A DNA stretch of 64,000 nt from Octopus sinensis (taxonomy: Eukaryota). The position numbers were made by a program, and so were the translations under genes. Each line of letters begins with the position of its first letter. Positions within the stretch are counted from its first letter, which is position 1. The notes beneath the pieces are model-generated. The model was given only the letters and a program-made list of their open reading frames with translations. It searched no databases and was not told the DNA's origin. Of this stretch, positions 41,960 to 53,886 are shown in pieces. Where the stretch lies: assembly GCF_006345805.1 (NCBI RefSeq), contig NC_042998.1:109306001-109370000 (forward strand), read 5' to 3'.

Positions 41960-42545
41960 GATTATATAGTACAGCATCTTGCTGCTTGATGCATCTCTTT
42001 ATTATGCTCTTTGAGGTTCAGCCTTCTGAGATCAGCTCTTATCATTTCTTCCCATGTCTTCTTTGATCTTCCACTTATACAGATTCCTTCTACTTGGATT
42101 ACTTAACACTTTTTTACCCAACTGCCATCCTCTATACATATCACATGTCTGTACCAATATGGTCTTTTCTCTTGCAGACCACATTTAATTCTTCAGATAC
42201 CACTTTTCTCTCAGTTCATTTGGGTTCAGTCATTCATGCATACTAGCATTACACATCTATCAAAAATGATTGCCATTAAATTTCATGCCTTCATATATCT
42301 TCCTCATTCAATGCCATGTATTGCTACCATGCAACACTGCATTTTGCACGCAGGTATCCTACAATCACCTTTCAATAGAGAGAAACCTTCTTTGTTTCCT
42401 CCAAAGCTTTTAGTGTTCTGAACTTTTTCCACCATGTTCTTCCTCAGAGTACTATGCTTTCAAAATATACCCCTTCACTGATAATTAAGTCACTTGAATA
42501 ACAAAAACTATCAACATCTACAAGGAAATCTTCAGAACATTTGAA
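41960..42545 (-). mobile_element. Highly decayed RTE LINE C-terminal fragment
   Basis: VDVDSFCYSSDLIISEG (same motif as 25590-25860), followed by degenerate RTE C-terminal sequence. Confidence 0.6.
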
Positions 42546-42562
42546 AGATGTATGTATGTATG

Positions 42563-42596
<34 letters not shown>

Positions 42597-43690
42597 CGTA
42601 CGTGTGCATGTGTCTGTATGCATGTGTGTATGTATGTGTGTATGTATGTAAGTGCATGTGTCTGTGAGTGTATGTATATATGCTTGCATTCATACATACA
42701 TGCATGCATCTCTAATACATCAACTATTAATGGAGCTTAAGTAACTTCTCATTTGATTATACTTTCTTCATTATGGTTTATCTCACCATTCATTTGCTTA
42801 TATTTGTTCTACATTACCACCATCTTACCTTCTTTTTAACACATTATGTAAACCACATTAGTTCTGTTATTTTCTGCTTGTCTTTTATTTTTTCCCAAAT
42901 GATGCTTCATTTGATTGTAATTGTTGTGTGCCATTTATATCCCATGTTTCCTTCCCAATACACAAAAATTCCAAATCCTTGTGATATATTCCCATAATTG
43001 TATGTATATGTTGTTAAATGTTTCTTCTCTCCCTCTATGTATTGATGTAGCTGTCATGTGATAAATGAACATTTAGATCATAAAATTCTTTATAATCCTT
43101 CTTTTCTTCTACTTGAAAATAAACTACAGTTCATAAAAGAATTTAATTTTCTTGATCTGATTACAATAATAGAGCATCACTGTGGTTTTGTTTATTGTTG
43201 TTTTTCAGCCAGTGTTTATTAAATGATATTTTCATTTAACTTTCACTTAGTAAAAAAAAAAAATAATAAAAACACATTGATATAAAATGTTTATATAATT
43301 GCATATCTATAATAACGTAAATCATTTGATTTTCTCACTGATTTCATCTCATATCATACTGAATATATTTTTACAAAACTTTTTATCTGAACTTTTTATT
43401 TTACATTTTGTTCTTATTTGAATGAGAGCAATTATACTGAATTTTAAAAAAATAATAAATATAAAAAGAAAGAGATAGATAATTAAAAAAAAGGATATTT
43501 GATGATAATGATAATAATGGATAAAATATTTTCTCAATTATGTTCATTTATGATTTATTTAATTTCACCATAAAATCTTTTGTTCCATCTCATTTCTTTA
43601 AAAAAACATAGGTTTCTTTCTTCATTTATCATCTTTATATATATATATATATGTACATGTATATGTATATGTATATATACATATATATAT

Positions 43691-43755
<65 letters not shown>

Positions 43756-44154
43756 GTATATATATATATTATATATATATATATATATCTATATATATAT
43801 ATATATATATATACTATATATTGATTTACACACATTATTGTTTTTTAGATAGCAAATATATAAAACACCTTTTAGTTACAATAATCTGCAATGACTATAC
43901 CATTTGAATGAAGTGGAACTAAGATCTTTTCTTTAGTTTCTCATTTTGTTTATACACAGAAATATTTTTCTTCTGTTTCAAAGGCATTCTAATCTAAATC
44001 ATAACTTTTAATTTATGTATATGTTCAGTAATTAGAATGAAAAAACTTTCATTTTTTTATTTTTGAAAAAGATTTCTGTCATATCATTGCTTCATTACTT
44101 CATTACTTCATATCATAACTGTGCGCATATATACGTGTATATATATATATATAT

Positions 44155-44206
<52 letters not shown>

Positions 44207-44539
44207 ATATATATGTATGTATGTATGTTTGAAAATTTTATTTCCAAGATTTCATTATTAAAATTTTGTCACTGCTTTGTCACTTGCTTTGTCACCAAAT
44301 GACTGCTTGTATCTGCGGGACTGGTTGTCTCGTCTCACAGGTCCTATTAAGACTTAAACTCAATAATCCTACCAAATTCACAAATATAGTTTCTATAGAG
44401 ATTATTCTACATTTTACAACCTAAGTTTGAATTCTATTTGTAACACGCAGATCGGTGCCCGTTGGTGACAGGCCTACTAAGTCCCTGAAATGGACCTATT
44501 TCTGACATTCCAGTCTCCGCATCTTTGTTTGCATTGCAG

Positions 44540-44605
44540 ATGCTGAGGACGACAGCCGTGTGGAAGATGGAGGGTCAAACAACACCTACGTACAGTGTGT
44601 ATTAT
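44540..44605 (+). CDS. Candidate symmetric cassette exon of the HCN gene (S4-S5 linker insert MLRTTAVWKMEGQTTPTYSVYY)
   Basis: Acceptor ctttgtttgcattgcAG (44538-44539), donor TAT|gtgagt (44606). 66 nt, open in phase 0, matching the phase-0 end of the S4 exon. Lies in a non-repetitive, CpG-retaining island. No homology confirmation. Confidence 0.55.
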
Positions 44606-44753
44606 GTGAGTTAAGACAGCTGTCACCACTGGGCTGACATCCAGTGACACTACTCCTACTTCTACTGATAATAACTACCATAACTACATAATCATTTATT
44701 CTAATTAACATACATCCACCACGTACACCAACTCCACCACTACTGCCACTACA

Positions 44754-44797
<44 letters not shown>

Positions 44798-46047
44798 TAC
44801 TACTACTACTATTACTACTACTACTACTACTACTACTACTACAGTAATTCTACAATCACAATAGCAACAGACATAATAATTACAATAGTTTTCTCCCATA
44901 AAACAATTCTTATCATTATTATTATTAATGCTTCTATTATTACAATTCACTTAAGTTCTTCACTGAATGAACATGTATCTATCACACATTTCCAACATTA
45001 ACAAAAATGCTCATTTACCACCAGACAAACAAGACGTCAGTCAAGCAGTTCAACAATCATATAATTCACTCAATTAATCAATCAATCAATCTATCAATCA
45101 AACAAATAGGCAGGCAGGCAGGCAGGCAGGCAGGTAGGCAGAGAGAGAAAAAAAAGAAAAAGAGTGAGAGAGAGAGAGACAGACATTTTTTTTTTTTGTA
45201 ATTTTTGTTAATTCTTTGTCTGTCCAATGAAGAAGTTTGCTTTACCAAGCAAAAATGGAGAACCAAGGGAAGGAAGATAATTTTATAGTAGCAGTGCTGA
45301 TCAATGTTCTACAGAGAGAGAAGTTGACCAATCCATCCAACCATTATTCACTCACCGATCTGCGTTTTACATAAATAAGAGTTAACAGTTTTAAGATTAG
45401 TTTCCTTCCAAGCAAAACCATTCCAATTATTGAAATTCCTAATGAGTCCTTAATAAGAACATTAATTAAAACAGTAAAGCATTTATGAAAACAAAATTTT
45501 TTTATGAATTTAAAATGTAAAATTATTTTGAAGTTAAATGCTAATTCAAATTATAAATAAATTTCTCTGTTATTTGGAGATGTATCAGATTTAAATAATA
45601 ATCCAAAGGTTCTTTATATTAGTTTTCATTAAGTTATTGGTACATTCTTTTACTTAAGGACATAACTTTCGTGAAATTCTTAACTTATCTGTTGTATTTC
45701 ATAGATTTTCTCAAAAATCTTCAAAACCATTGTTGTTAAAGTGTGAAAGAAAATTTTCTATCAATTTGGCAAACACGTTGGTTAAAATGTAAAAGAGGAA
45801 ATCTCTCTCCTTGCAATCACTGAATGTACTTTTTCCTATCTTTAAAACTTAACTTCCTAACATCAATAAGAAGTAATAATAAATATACAAAATAAATAAA
45901 ATTTCTCCCTAACAATATTCAAATTGAATGAATAGATTTATTGATTTATGTATATTTAGCTTCTCATTTCCATGAGGACTCTTGTTATGGAATTCTTAAA
46001 TCATTCTCTTTGTCTGGTTTAATTTGTGTCAATGATTGCCAATATGC

Positions 46048-46103
<56 letters not shown>

Positions 46104-46127
46104 ATATATATATATATATTATATATA

Positions 46128-46163
<36 letters not shown>

Positions 46164-46779
46164 TGTGCATGTGTGTGTGTGGGTGTAAATATATATGTAT
46201 GCATGTATATATATATATGTAAGTATATATGTATGCATGTATATTTATATATACATACATATAAATGTGTGTGTGTGTGCATATGTGTGTATGTATGTGT
46301 TTGTATTCATGCAGTAACATTTACTGATAAACTCAATTTTATACAAATTTGTTACATTCTAATGCAATATAAATAATAATGGTTTTGTTGGAAAGAATTC
46401 AGTTATTCAAATTCCCAAACAGAAAAAGAAAAAGTCACAATTTACAGATGTTGCAAAATACTTCAGATATTAAAGCAGATATCACTGAAAAGTATTGTCG
46501 GACATTAGTTCTGTCAAGCTTGACTAACAGCAGTGAAATGTAATTCTGGACTTAAAGAGCATTTCAAATATCTGCTATTCAAAAGAAAGAATAAGACACC
46601 TCTCTTGAACTGCACAATTCTTCTTCTTCTTCTTCTTCTCTCTCTCTCTCTCTCTCATCAGATCTATTGGTTCTGTTGCATTCTCCTTTACCTCCTTCTT
46701 CTCCTCTCCCACTTATTGTTATATTTCATTATGATTATTATTGTTATTATTATTAATGCTATTATTATTAACGTTATCA

Positions 46780-46821
<42 letters not shown>

Positions 46822-47255
46822 TATTATTATTATTATAATTATTATTATTATTATTACTATTACTATTATTATTCCAGTTAGCTCTCTCACCTGCTCCGCC
46901 ATCTTTAACATTCTTAACTGACATATAATATGCTACTTCTTCTCTTACCAACCTCTCGTCCATAAGGTTGATGTTCTTTCAACAAATTTACTTAAAACTC
47001 AATCGTGTCTCTTCTTATGCTTATTTTATATGTTTTGTTTATTTTATTTCACCATTTAAGGCAAAAGAAAGAAACTGAACTGATATTATTCTTTTCTTTA
47101 GTCCAATATATTTTAAGATAACCAAAGACTTGTTTACATATGAAAGAAAATCTGTGGGTTTTAATGTAAAATAGAAAGATACACATTGATAAAAATCTAC
47201 CCAAAACACCACTTCTATTCCTTTATTCTCAAAAGAAATAATACATAAATTTTCT

Positions 47256-47354
47256 ATGTGGAAGAGTATATGCATTTTCAATGTGGAAGAGTATATGCAT
47301 TTTCAATGTGGAAGAGTATATGCATTTTCAATGTGGAAGAGTATATGCATTTTC
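47256..47354. repeat. 25-bp minisatellite, 4 essentially perfect copies (atgtggaagagtatatgcattttca)
   Basis: Copies at 47256, 47281, 47306 and 47331. Confidence 0.95.
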
Positions 47355-47565
47355 CTGACATACTATGAAGTTACTAAATATATATATCTGAAACATCAAA
47401 AGAAAAAGTGGAATGTTTTTAATTGATATTGATAGATCAGTTAAAAAATTTTGGATCCAGTATACAGCACATATAAAAAATTTTACTCTTTTATTTTTGT
47501 ATGATACCCCACTTACTTAGAAACATTTTTCTTTTATTCATTTACATGTGTTTCCTTTTGCTCCT

Positions 47566-47604
<39 letters not shown>

Positions 47605-47844
47605 ATGTATATATTTGATGTTGGTTTGACACAGGAACTGAATGCGATTAAGTGAGAAACTACTTAATTATGTTAGCTAGAGTGAAATAATATTATTTAT
47701 TCAAACATGAGTCTGTGTGAGTTGCTTACCTTCAGGCATATCAGAGGAACAGGAATAAAAAATTGATTAGCAACTCATGCTGACACACTTTTGAATAAAT
47801 ATTATATGTATAATTATGTGTATCTCTCTCTCTCTCTCTCTCTC

Positions 47845-48132
47845 ATCATCCTCATCATCATTGTTTAACGTCTGCTTTCCATGCTAGTGTGGGTTGGATG
47901 ATTTGACTGAGGACTGGCAAATCATATGGCAGCACCAGGCTCCAATCTTGATCTGGCAGAGTTTCTACAACTGGATGCCCTTCCTAATGCCAACCATTCT
48001 GAGAGCGTAGTGGGTGCTTTTATGTGCCACCGGCACAAGGACCAGTCAGGCAGTACTGGCCACAGCCATGCTCAAATGGTGTTTTTTACATGCCACCTGC
48101 ATAGGAGCCAGTCGTGTGACACTGGCAACGAC
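47845..48132 (-). mobile_element. RTE-type 3' tail
   Basis: catcatcattgtttaacgtctgctttccatgctag...gatgcccttcctaatgccaacc...gggtgcttttatgtgccaccggcac. Confidence 0.8.
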
Positions 48133-48180
48133 CTCTCTATCTCTCTCTCTCTCTCTCCATATATATATATATATATATAT

Positions 48181-48420
48181 ATATTAGAGAGAATATAATA
48201 ACAAAGCCAAGGCTGTGAGGAGTTTTCAGGACATTTATAAGGAAATAGTCTTACAGCTGTTTCTGGGATAATATGGATATCCCTTCATCAGAGATGGTGT
48301 GAGAAAGTTATATTTAGTCTTCTCACACCTTCTCTGAAACAGCTGCAAGACTATTTCCTTATAAATGTCCTGAAAACTCCTCACAGCCTTGATTTTGTTA
48401 TTTCTTTCTCTCTAATATAT
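48181..48420. mobile_element. Fold-back non-autonomous element (Penelope-type) between (TA)n tracts
   Basis: Arms 48208-48263 / 48336-48391 match 55/56; inner arms 48290-48305 / 48320-48335 match 15/16. Only the left arm keeps the 26-nt hammerhead core segment. Confidence 0.85.
48248..48295 (-). ncRNA. Minimal type I hammerhead ribozyme motif (Penelope-type, palindromic helix III)
   Basis: Minus strand: aUCU-CUGAUGA-A-GGGAUA-uccauau-UAUCCC-A-GAAA-CAGCUG-UA-AGAC. Core, 6-bp stem II, palindromic stem III, GUA triplet and 3-bp stem I are present. Activity untested. Confidence 0.7.
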
Positions 48421-48571
48421 ATATGCATGCTAATACAAGACCCACATTAGACTCCTCACTCATATCACTATCGAACCAAGAGTTCAACTAATGGTCTGTC
48501 CATAGCACTTACTTAGTGTTACCTGACACTCTTTTGGTCTACTAGATACCAATACTTCTCATATATATATA

Positions 48572-48633
<62 letters not shown>

Positions 48634-48667
48634 TAATTATATGTGTATATGTATTTTTTTTTTCTTT

Positions 48668-49105
48668 TTAGTTTCAGCTCAGAGCTGCGGCCATGCTGAT
48701 GCACCGCCATTTTGCTACACTGTTATTACTAAGAGCCTCCTCTAATATGTGGCACTTGGTGAAGAATGGAGTTTGATATAGCTACCTCTTGCAATGCGGT
48801 ATGTTCATCTGGGACTCTCGACAGGAAGAGGTCCAGCTTTGATTTAAAAACCCCTACATCTACTTTGTGCAAGTTCCTCAGACTCTTTGGGAGAATATTA
48901 AAACGCTGTGGGCCCTTGAAACCCAGGCTGTTGCAGTAACTGGTCTTGAAGTGTGATGGCATTGCTGGGATCTTTGGCACGATGCAGTGTCGTTCCGTTC
49001 TGGCATTGGTGTAGCTTTCAATGCCAAAATTTGACTGAATTCCTTCCAGAATCTTCCAGATATATATTACTGCATACCTCTCCCATCTTCTCTCCTGGGA
49101 GTAGA
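48668..49105 (-). mobile_element. 5'-truncated CR1-clade LINE, same family as 32288-32786, opposite orientation
   Basis: ORF 48729-48980: CNSLGFKGPQRFNILPKSLRNLH.VDVGVFKSKLDLFLSRVPDE; same ggccgcagctctgagctgaaact tail. Confidence 0.9.
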
Positions 49106-50114
49106 GTCTTATATATATATGTAATTATATATAAATATAATATATATATATCTAAGTATGTGTGTATGTGTGTATATAATTATATGTGAATATAAATATA
49201 TATACACACACATACATGTATTTATATGTAAATGTATGTACACATATGTACATGCACGAACACATATACATACATGCATACATACACACACACACACATG
49301 CATACATACTCATATATATATTTGTCAAAATTTCTGAAAGAAATTATCATTTTTATAGACATGTATTTAGACTAGTATTCTCATCTCGGTTCATCATCTC
49401 TAGACATCTTTAGACATCTTTTGGAGATCCTTACTGACCTTCTTCAAAAATCTCTTGTGTTTTATTACATAATAACATCCTCAGAAATTCCAAACAAAAC
49501 CTTTATTCAATGTGTGCATGTATACATTATTCTCATTTCTTTTAGTACCTGTTGGGGATATTTTCTTACTAGTTATTCTCAGAATTGGGACACTTCATAA
49601 TTATTCTACTTGAAATAGAGTATAAATTAAATTTACTGACATAGGGATAGAACTTAACACTCACCAAATAAACTGTAACACGACATTTAGTGAACATGTA
49701 TATTCATTTTGCTATTAAACCATTGCAAGATTAGGTGATGGAAACTAGGAGCTTTAAATATAACTTTTGCTTTTCTGGTCTTAGGCTTTGTTTTTCCATA
49801 TTAAAAAGTTTCCGTATAGTGTTCAACTGAATGCTAAAAATACTAAGAGGCTATCAGAGTCCAGCCTATGCTCTCACATCTAGTGGACATGAGTTCACTC
49901 TAACATATATGACAGATCTGCATATAGGTATAAGTGAAAGTCTATATAAAACTTATCAGTATTAAAGCTGTATTTATGCTCAAGATATTAATGTAAAATG
50001 TATGTAAACAAAATATAAGAGTATTAATTATCAAATTGAAAATTTAAATATAACTAGGATAATAGAGGTAATAAAGTGATGATGGAATGTAAAGGAGATA
50101 ATAATTCTTTGTGC

Positions 50115-50340
50115 TATAGGAACAAAATTTCAAATTTTGGGAGATGTGGCTAGTCAATTACATCAACTTCTAGGAATTAACTCATACTTATTTATTGACC
50201 TCAAAAAAGATGACAGGTGAAGTTTGAACTTTGAGGAATTTGAACTCAGAATGTATAAAGCTAGAAGAAATGCTGCTAAGCAATTTGCCCAGCACAGTAA
50301 TAATTCTGTCAGTTTACCACCTTTGTAAAGAAGATTAAAA
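50115..50340 (-). mobile_element. SINE family B
   Basis: ggaatttgaactcagaatg...aatgctgctaagcaatttgcccagcacagtaataattctgtcagtttaccacc. Confidence 0.7.
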
Positions 50341-50738
50341 AAATATTATAAGAAATGAAAGATAAAAAGGAATTTTGGGGGAGGTGTGGTATGGCAAAAT
50401 ATTGTTTCTCCTAAAAATTGAACTTGTTAAAATATCAGAAATGAGATTGAAGGGTAGGAGATGTAGGAAGGCATGCAATAAAAATAATTCCATATATATA
50501 TATATTTAAAATTTGTTAGAAAGAATTATTGATGCAATAATATATATGAAGAAAGATTTTCTCTACTTGAAAATCATTAATTATATATGAAATCTTAGAA
50601 AAAGGACACAATCTTTTGGAAAGCAGGATTCATGTTGTGTAAGCTCTTTCATTATTTACAACTTTTCAAAAAGACATGTTATGTGGTAATCTGTATAGAG
50701 AAGGTTGGTTTTAGTAGTGGTGTTGACTATTTTTTGTT

Positions 50739-51114
50739 TACATTATTTACAATGGATGGATAGGTATCCTCACCTTGTTTGTTGTTACCACATTTGGGGC
50801 ATATAGCATATACCTTGTTTGTTGTTACCACAATGTTTCAGGCATATAGCATAGTGGATAAGAGCACAGGCTATTAACCCTCGGATTCTGAGTTCAGTCC
50901 TAGGTAGGGACTTGGGAAATAATGTCAGCAAAAAAAAACATCAGCATAAAAGAATACCTCAGTAATGAGAACAGAGTACCCCATTAGTCAAATAAAGGGT
51001 AATATTTGAAATTCCATCAGAACACCTGATGACGGATGGGGAGTAAATCAGCTGAAGCATTGTGGTAACAACAAACAAAGTGAGCACGCCTAACCATCCA
51101 TTGTAAATAATGTA
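50739..51114 (+). mobile_element. Composite element: 54-bp terminal inverted repeats enclosing a tRNA-like Pol III head and a decayed hammerhead core
   Basis: Arms 50739-50792 / 51061-51114 match 49/54. A box TAGCATAGTGG 50847-50857, B-box-like GAGTTCAGTCC 50890-50900, and acac-CTGATGA...GAAG-ca-tt-gtgg at 51022-51065. Confidence 0.75.
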
Positions 51115-51486
51115 CATAATTCCTCATCTCAAAAATAGTATTTTTGGTTTAGTTTTGAATTTAGAATTCTTATAAAATATTATTCTTTTGCATTTCATAG
51201 TTTATCACTTTCCATTATTTTGGAAAAAGGAACATTTTTAATTTTCCATTTGCACAAATGTCTAGACATTCACTACATGGAACACTTCTAAGCAATTGTT
51301 TTGACCCTGTTCAACTTATATAATTCTCATAGCATTGTAAGCATGTAATGCCGATATATGTCCTTATATATAATATATAAGTTGTTGGATATATTAAATA
51401 TTATGTATATATAAGGATTAATAGTGCTCAAATATTTTAACAATCTTATCCTTATGAGTGGATATTTTTTTCTGAACACCTGTTAA

Positions 51487-51692
51487 CCCTTTAGTGTTCT
51501 GATTATTCTATCAAACATAATGCTTATTGATTCACATTGATTTGAATAAATTATGCATTATTTCATATCTTCAAGATCTTGATGGTGTAGAATAACATTG
51601 TAGGGTAGGTGTGAGGGCCTGGATCTGGTCGGTTTGAACATAAAACAGATTAAATATTTTGGCCGGATATAGCCGGTTTAAATACTAAAGGG
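51487..51692. mobile_element. piggyBac-type MITE, 206 bp
   Basis: TTAA-CCCTTTAGT...ACTAAAGGG-TTAA: 9-bp TIR, TTAA duplications at 51483-51486 and 51693-51696. Confidence 0.85.
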
Positions 51693-52119
51693 TTAATTAT
51701 AGTTTCAGACTTTGATTGTGCAAAAGTTGCTAGCATTTTTATTCCTAGTTAATTTGCTTCAATATTAAAATACCAATAATGAATAAGACAAAGCATCAAT
51801 GACAATAACTTATATAGTGACAATTGACAATAATATACAAATAATTAAAGGGATTCAAAGAAACAAGTGAATTTAGCATTTATTTATCCTATGTTTTCTA
51901 TACTAGTGTTGCTTAAAGGGAAGTAAATTCTGAGGCAGCATATTTACAGTCAAGATAGCTTAGCTAGCTGAAATCTTGAAGTCACTGTCAACAACATTCT
52001 TGTTTTAGAATTATAAACTTGTACTCTACAAAAGTATAGAGTAACATATGTAACACATCACACTAGTGTAAAATTGTTTTTATTATAACTGAACAAAAAA
52101 ACCAACATTAATATATATG

Positions 52120-52920
52120 GGCAAAGTTCAGAGTGCTCTTACCTCTGTTGTTAACAAAGAGCCTCTCCCTCAGAGTGAAAAGCAGACTGTATGATGCCTG
52201 TGTGTGAACAGCCACACTACATGGCAGTGAAACATCTGCTTTGACTGCCAAGAACATGCAAAGGCTTGAAAGAAATGAAGCTAGGATGCTTTGCTGGATG
52301 TGCAATGTCAGTGTGCATGTAGAACAGAGTGTAAACGTTTTGAGAGAAAAGTTGGGCATAAGAAACATGAGATGTGGTGTGCAAGAGAGACCACTGAACT
52401 GGTATGCTCATGTAATGCATATGGATGAGGACACCTGTATGAAGTGCTCATCTCTAACTATGAAGGGAACCTGTGGAAGAGATAAACCCAGGTGATATGC
52501 TATGCTTGGGAAGGTCCATCAAGCCAAGTGAAATCATAGTCATGCCCAGTGTCAGAGTCACATACCAGGCACCCATGCCAGTGGTATGTAAAAGGCATTC
52601 TTCAAACTGTGGGCCTCACAGAGGCATTGACAAGTGACTGAGACCTTTGGCAATATACCATGCTTGAAAAGACCTGTCAAGCCAAGTGAGATCATAGCCA
52701 TGGCCAATGCCAGTGTTTTGTAACTGGCACCCATGCTGTTGGCATGTAAAAAGTACCCACAACACTCTTAGAGTTGTTGGCATTAGAAAGGGCATCCAGC
52801 TGTAGAAACCATGCCAAATCAGATTGGAACCTGGTGCAGCTCCCTAGCTTGGTAGTTTTCAGTTGGACTGTCCAACCCATGTCAGCATGGAAGACGGATG
52901 TTAAATGATGATGATGATGA
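52120..52920 (+). mobile_element. 5'-truncated RTE-clade LINE: ORF C-terminus plus 3' UTR and (GAT)n tail
   Basis: KFRVLLPLL..RLYDACV..LHGSET..MQRLERNEARML..REKLGI..WYAHVMHM..GTCGRDKPR, then the tail shared by many short copies. Confidence 0.9.
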
Positions 52921-53886
52921 TTATATATATATATATTTATATATATGATGTTTTTATTGAAGCTAAATATGATATTATGTCTGAGTGTGTGTGTGTGTGT
53001 GTGTGGTGTGTGTGTGTGTGCATGTATGCATTTGTAATGCTATAGTTATTGGAGCTGAAACATTACTCTTTCTACTTCAGTCTACCTCCAGTCTTCAAGC
53101 AAATTTTGAATTCTTATAAATTATAAATTCATCATATTTTGCATGATAATCAGAGACATGAAAAGTTGAGTTTCAAAACATGAAGTATTGACTCCAATAA
53201 ATATCAAGTAATACTCTACCTTCATTGATGAATACACATTTCTTCCTTCTAGATTACACTCATTGCATTCACACACATCCATATATCTACACATGCACAC
53301 ACTCTCTCAAAGACATAAACACACCAGCATTGGTTGTCAGGCGATGGTGGATGACAAACACAGATACACAAACATACACATACATACACACATATATACA
53401 CCAACATTTACTGGAAATAGCAGTTGATAATATATACCACTACAGTAAAGTTTCACTGTATATATATACTAGCAAAAAGGTTTGCAGGTGGCAAACATAA
53501 AAAATTTCATCTTACCTGTAGGAAGAACATTAAATGAATGTACAATCCAGATGTGGGTAATCTAGAACCTAGGTTTTTAACTTACCAAATTACATTTGTT
53601 AACGTAAATTTGATTAGTTCTCATTGGTTAGACTAACCTAGACAAAATTTCAAATGTTGCTACATCAATGCCAGTATTTACTCATCTGAAACACCTAGCC
53701 ATGAACAGACCAAGAACAGGGATGGTGCTTTGTTTTACTGGGAAGCAATACTACTGACTTCTGCACTATTTGATAATTTATTTCTGTTTATATATGCATA
53801 CTATATATATATCGTCAGTAGTTCATATATCCAAAATAGGAACAATAATACATATTTAGAAGGCTTTTTGTTACACAGGCAGCCCC

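Noticed and set aside
46448-46540. tttacAG|ATG TTG CAA AAT... as another S4-S5 exon
   Set aside because: Purine-rich acceptor context; available donors are phase 2 and read-through hits a stop.
46688-46963. Minus-strand ORF MDERLVREEVAYYMSVKNVKDGGAGERA...
   Set aside because: No recognisable family; runs into an (AAT)n microsatellite.
50841-50909. Functional tRNA gene
   Set aside because: No clean acceptor or anticodon stem, imperfect B box, embedded in a repeat; treated as a tRNA-derived head.
53510-53690. Minus-strand ttcctacAG|GTAAG recursive-splice-like site and nearby exon-like segment
   Set aside because: Antisense to the host gene; the segment has stops in all three frames and no transcript evidence.
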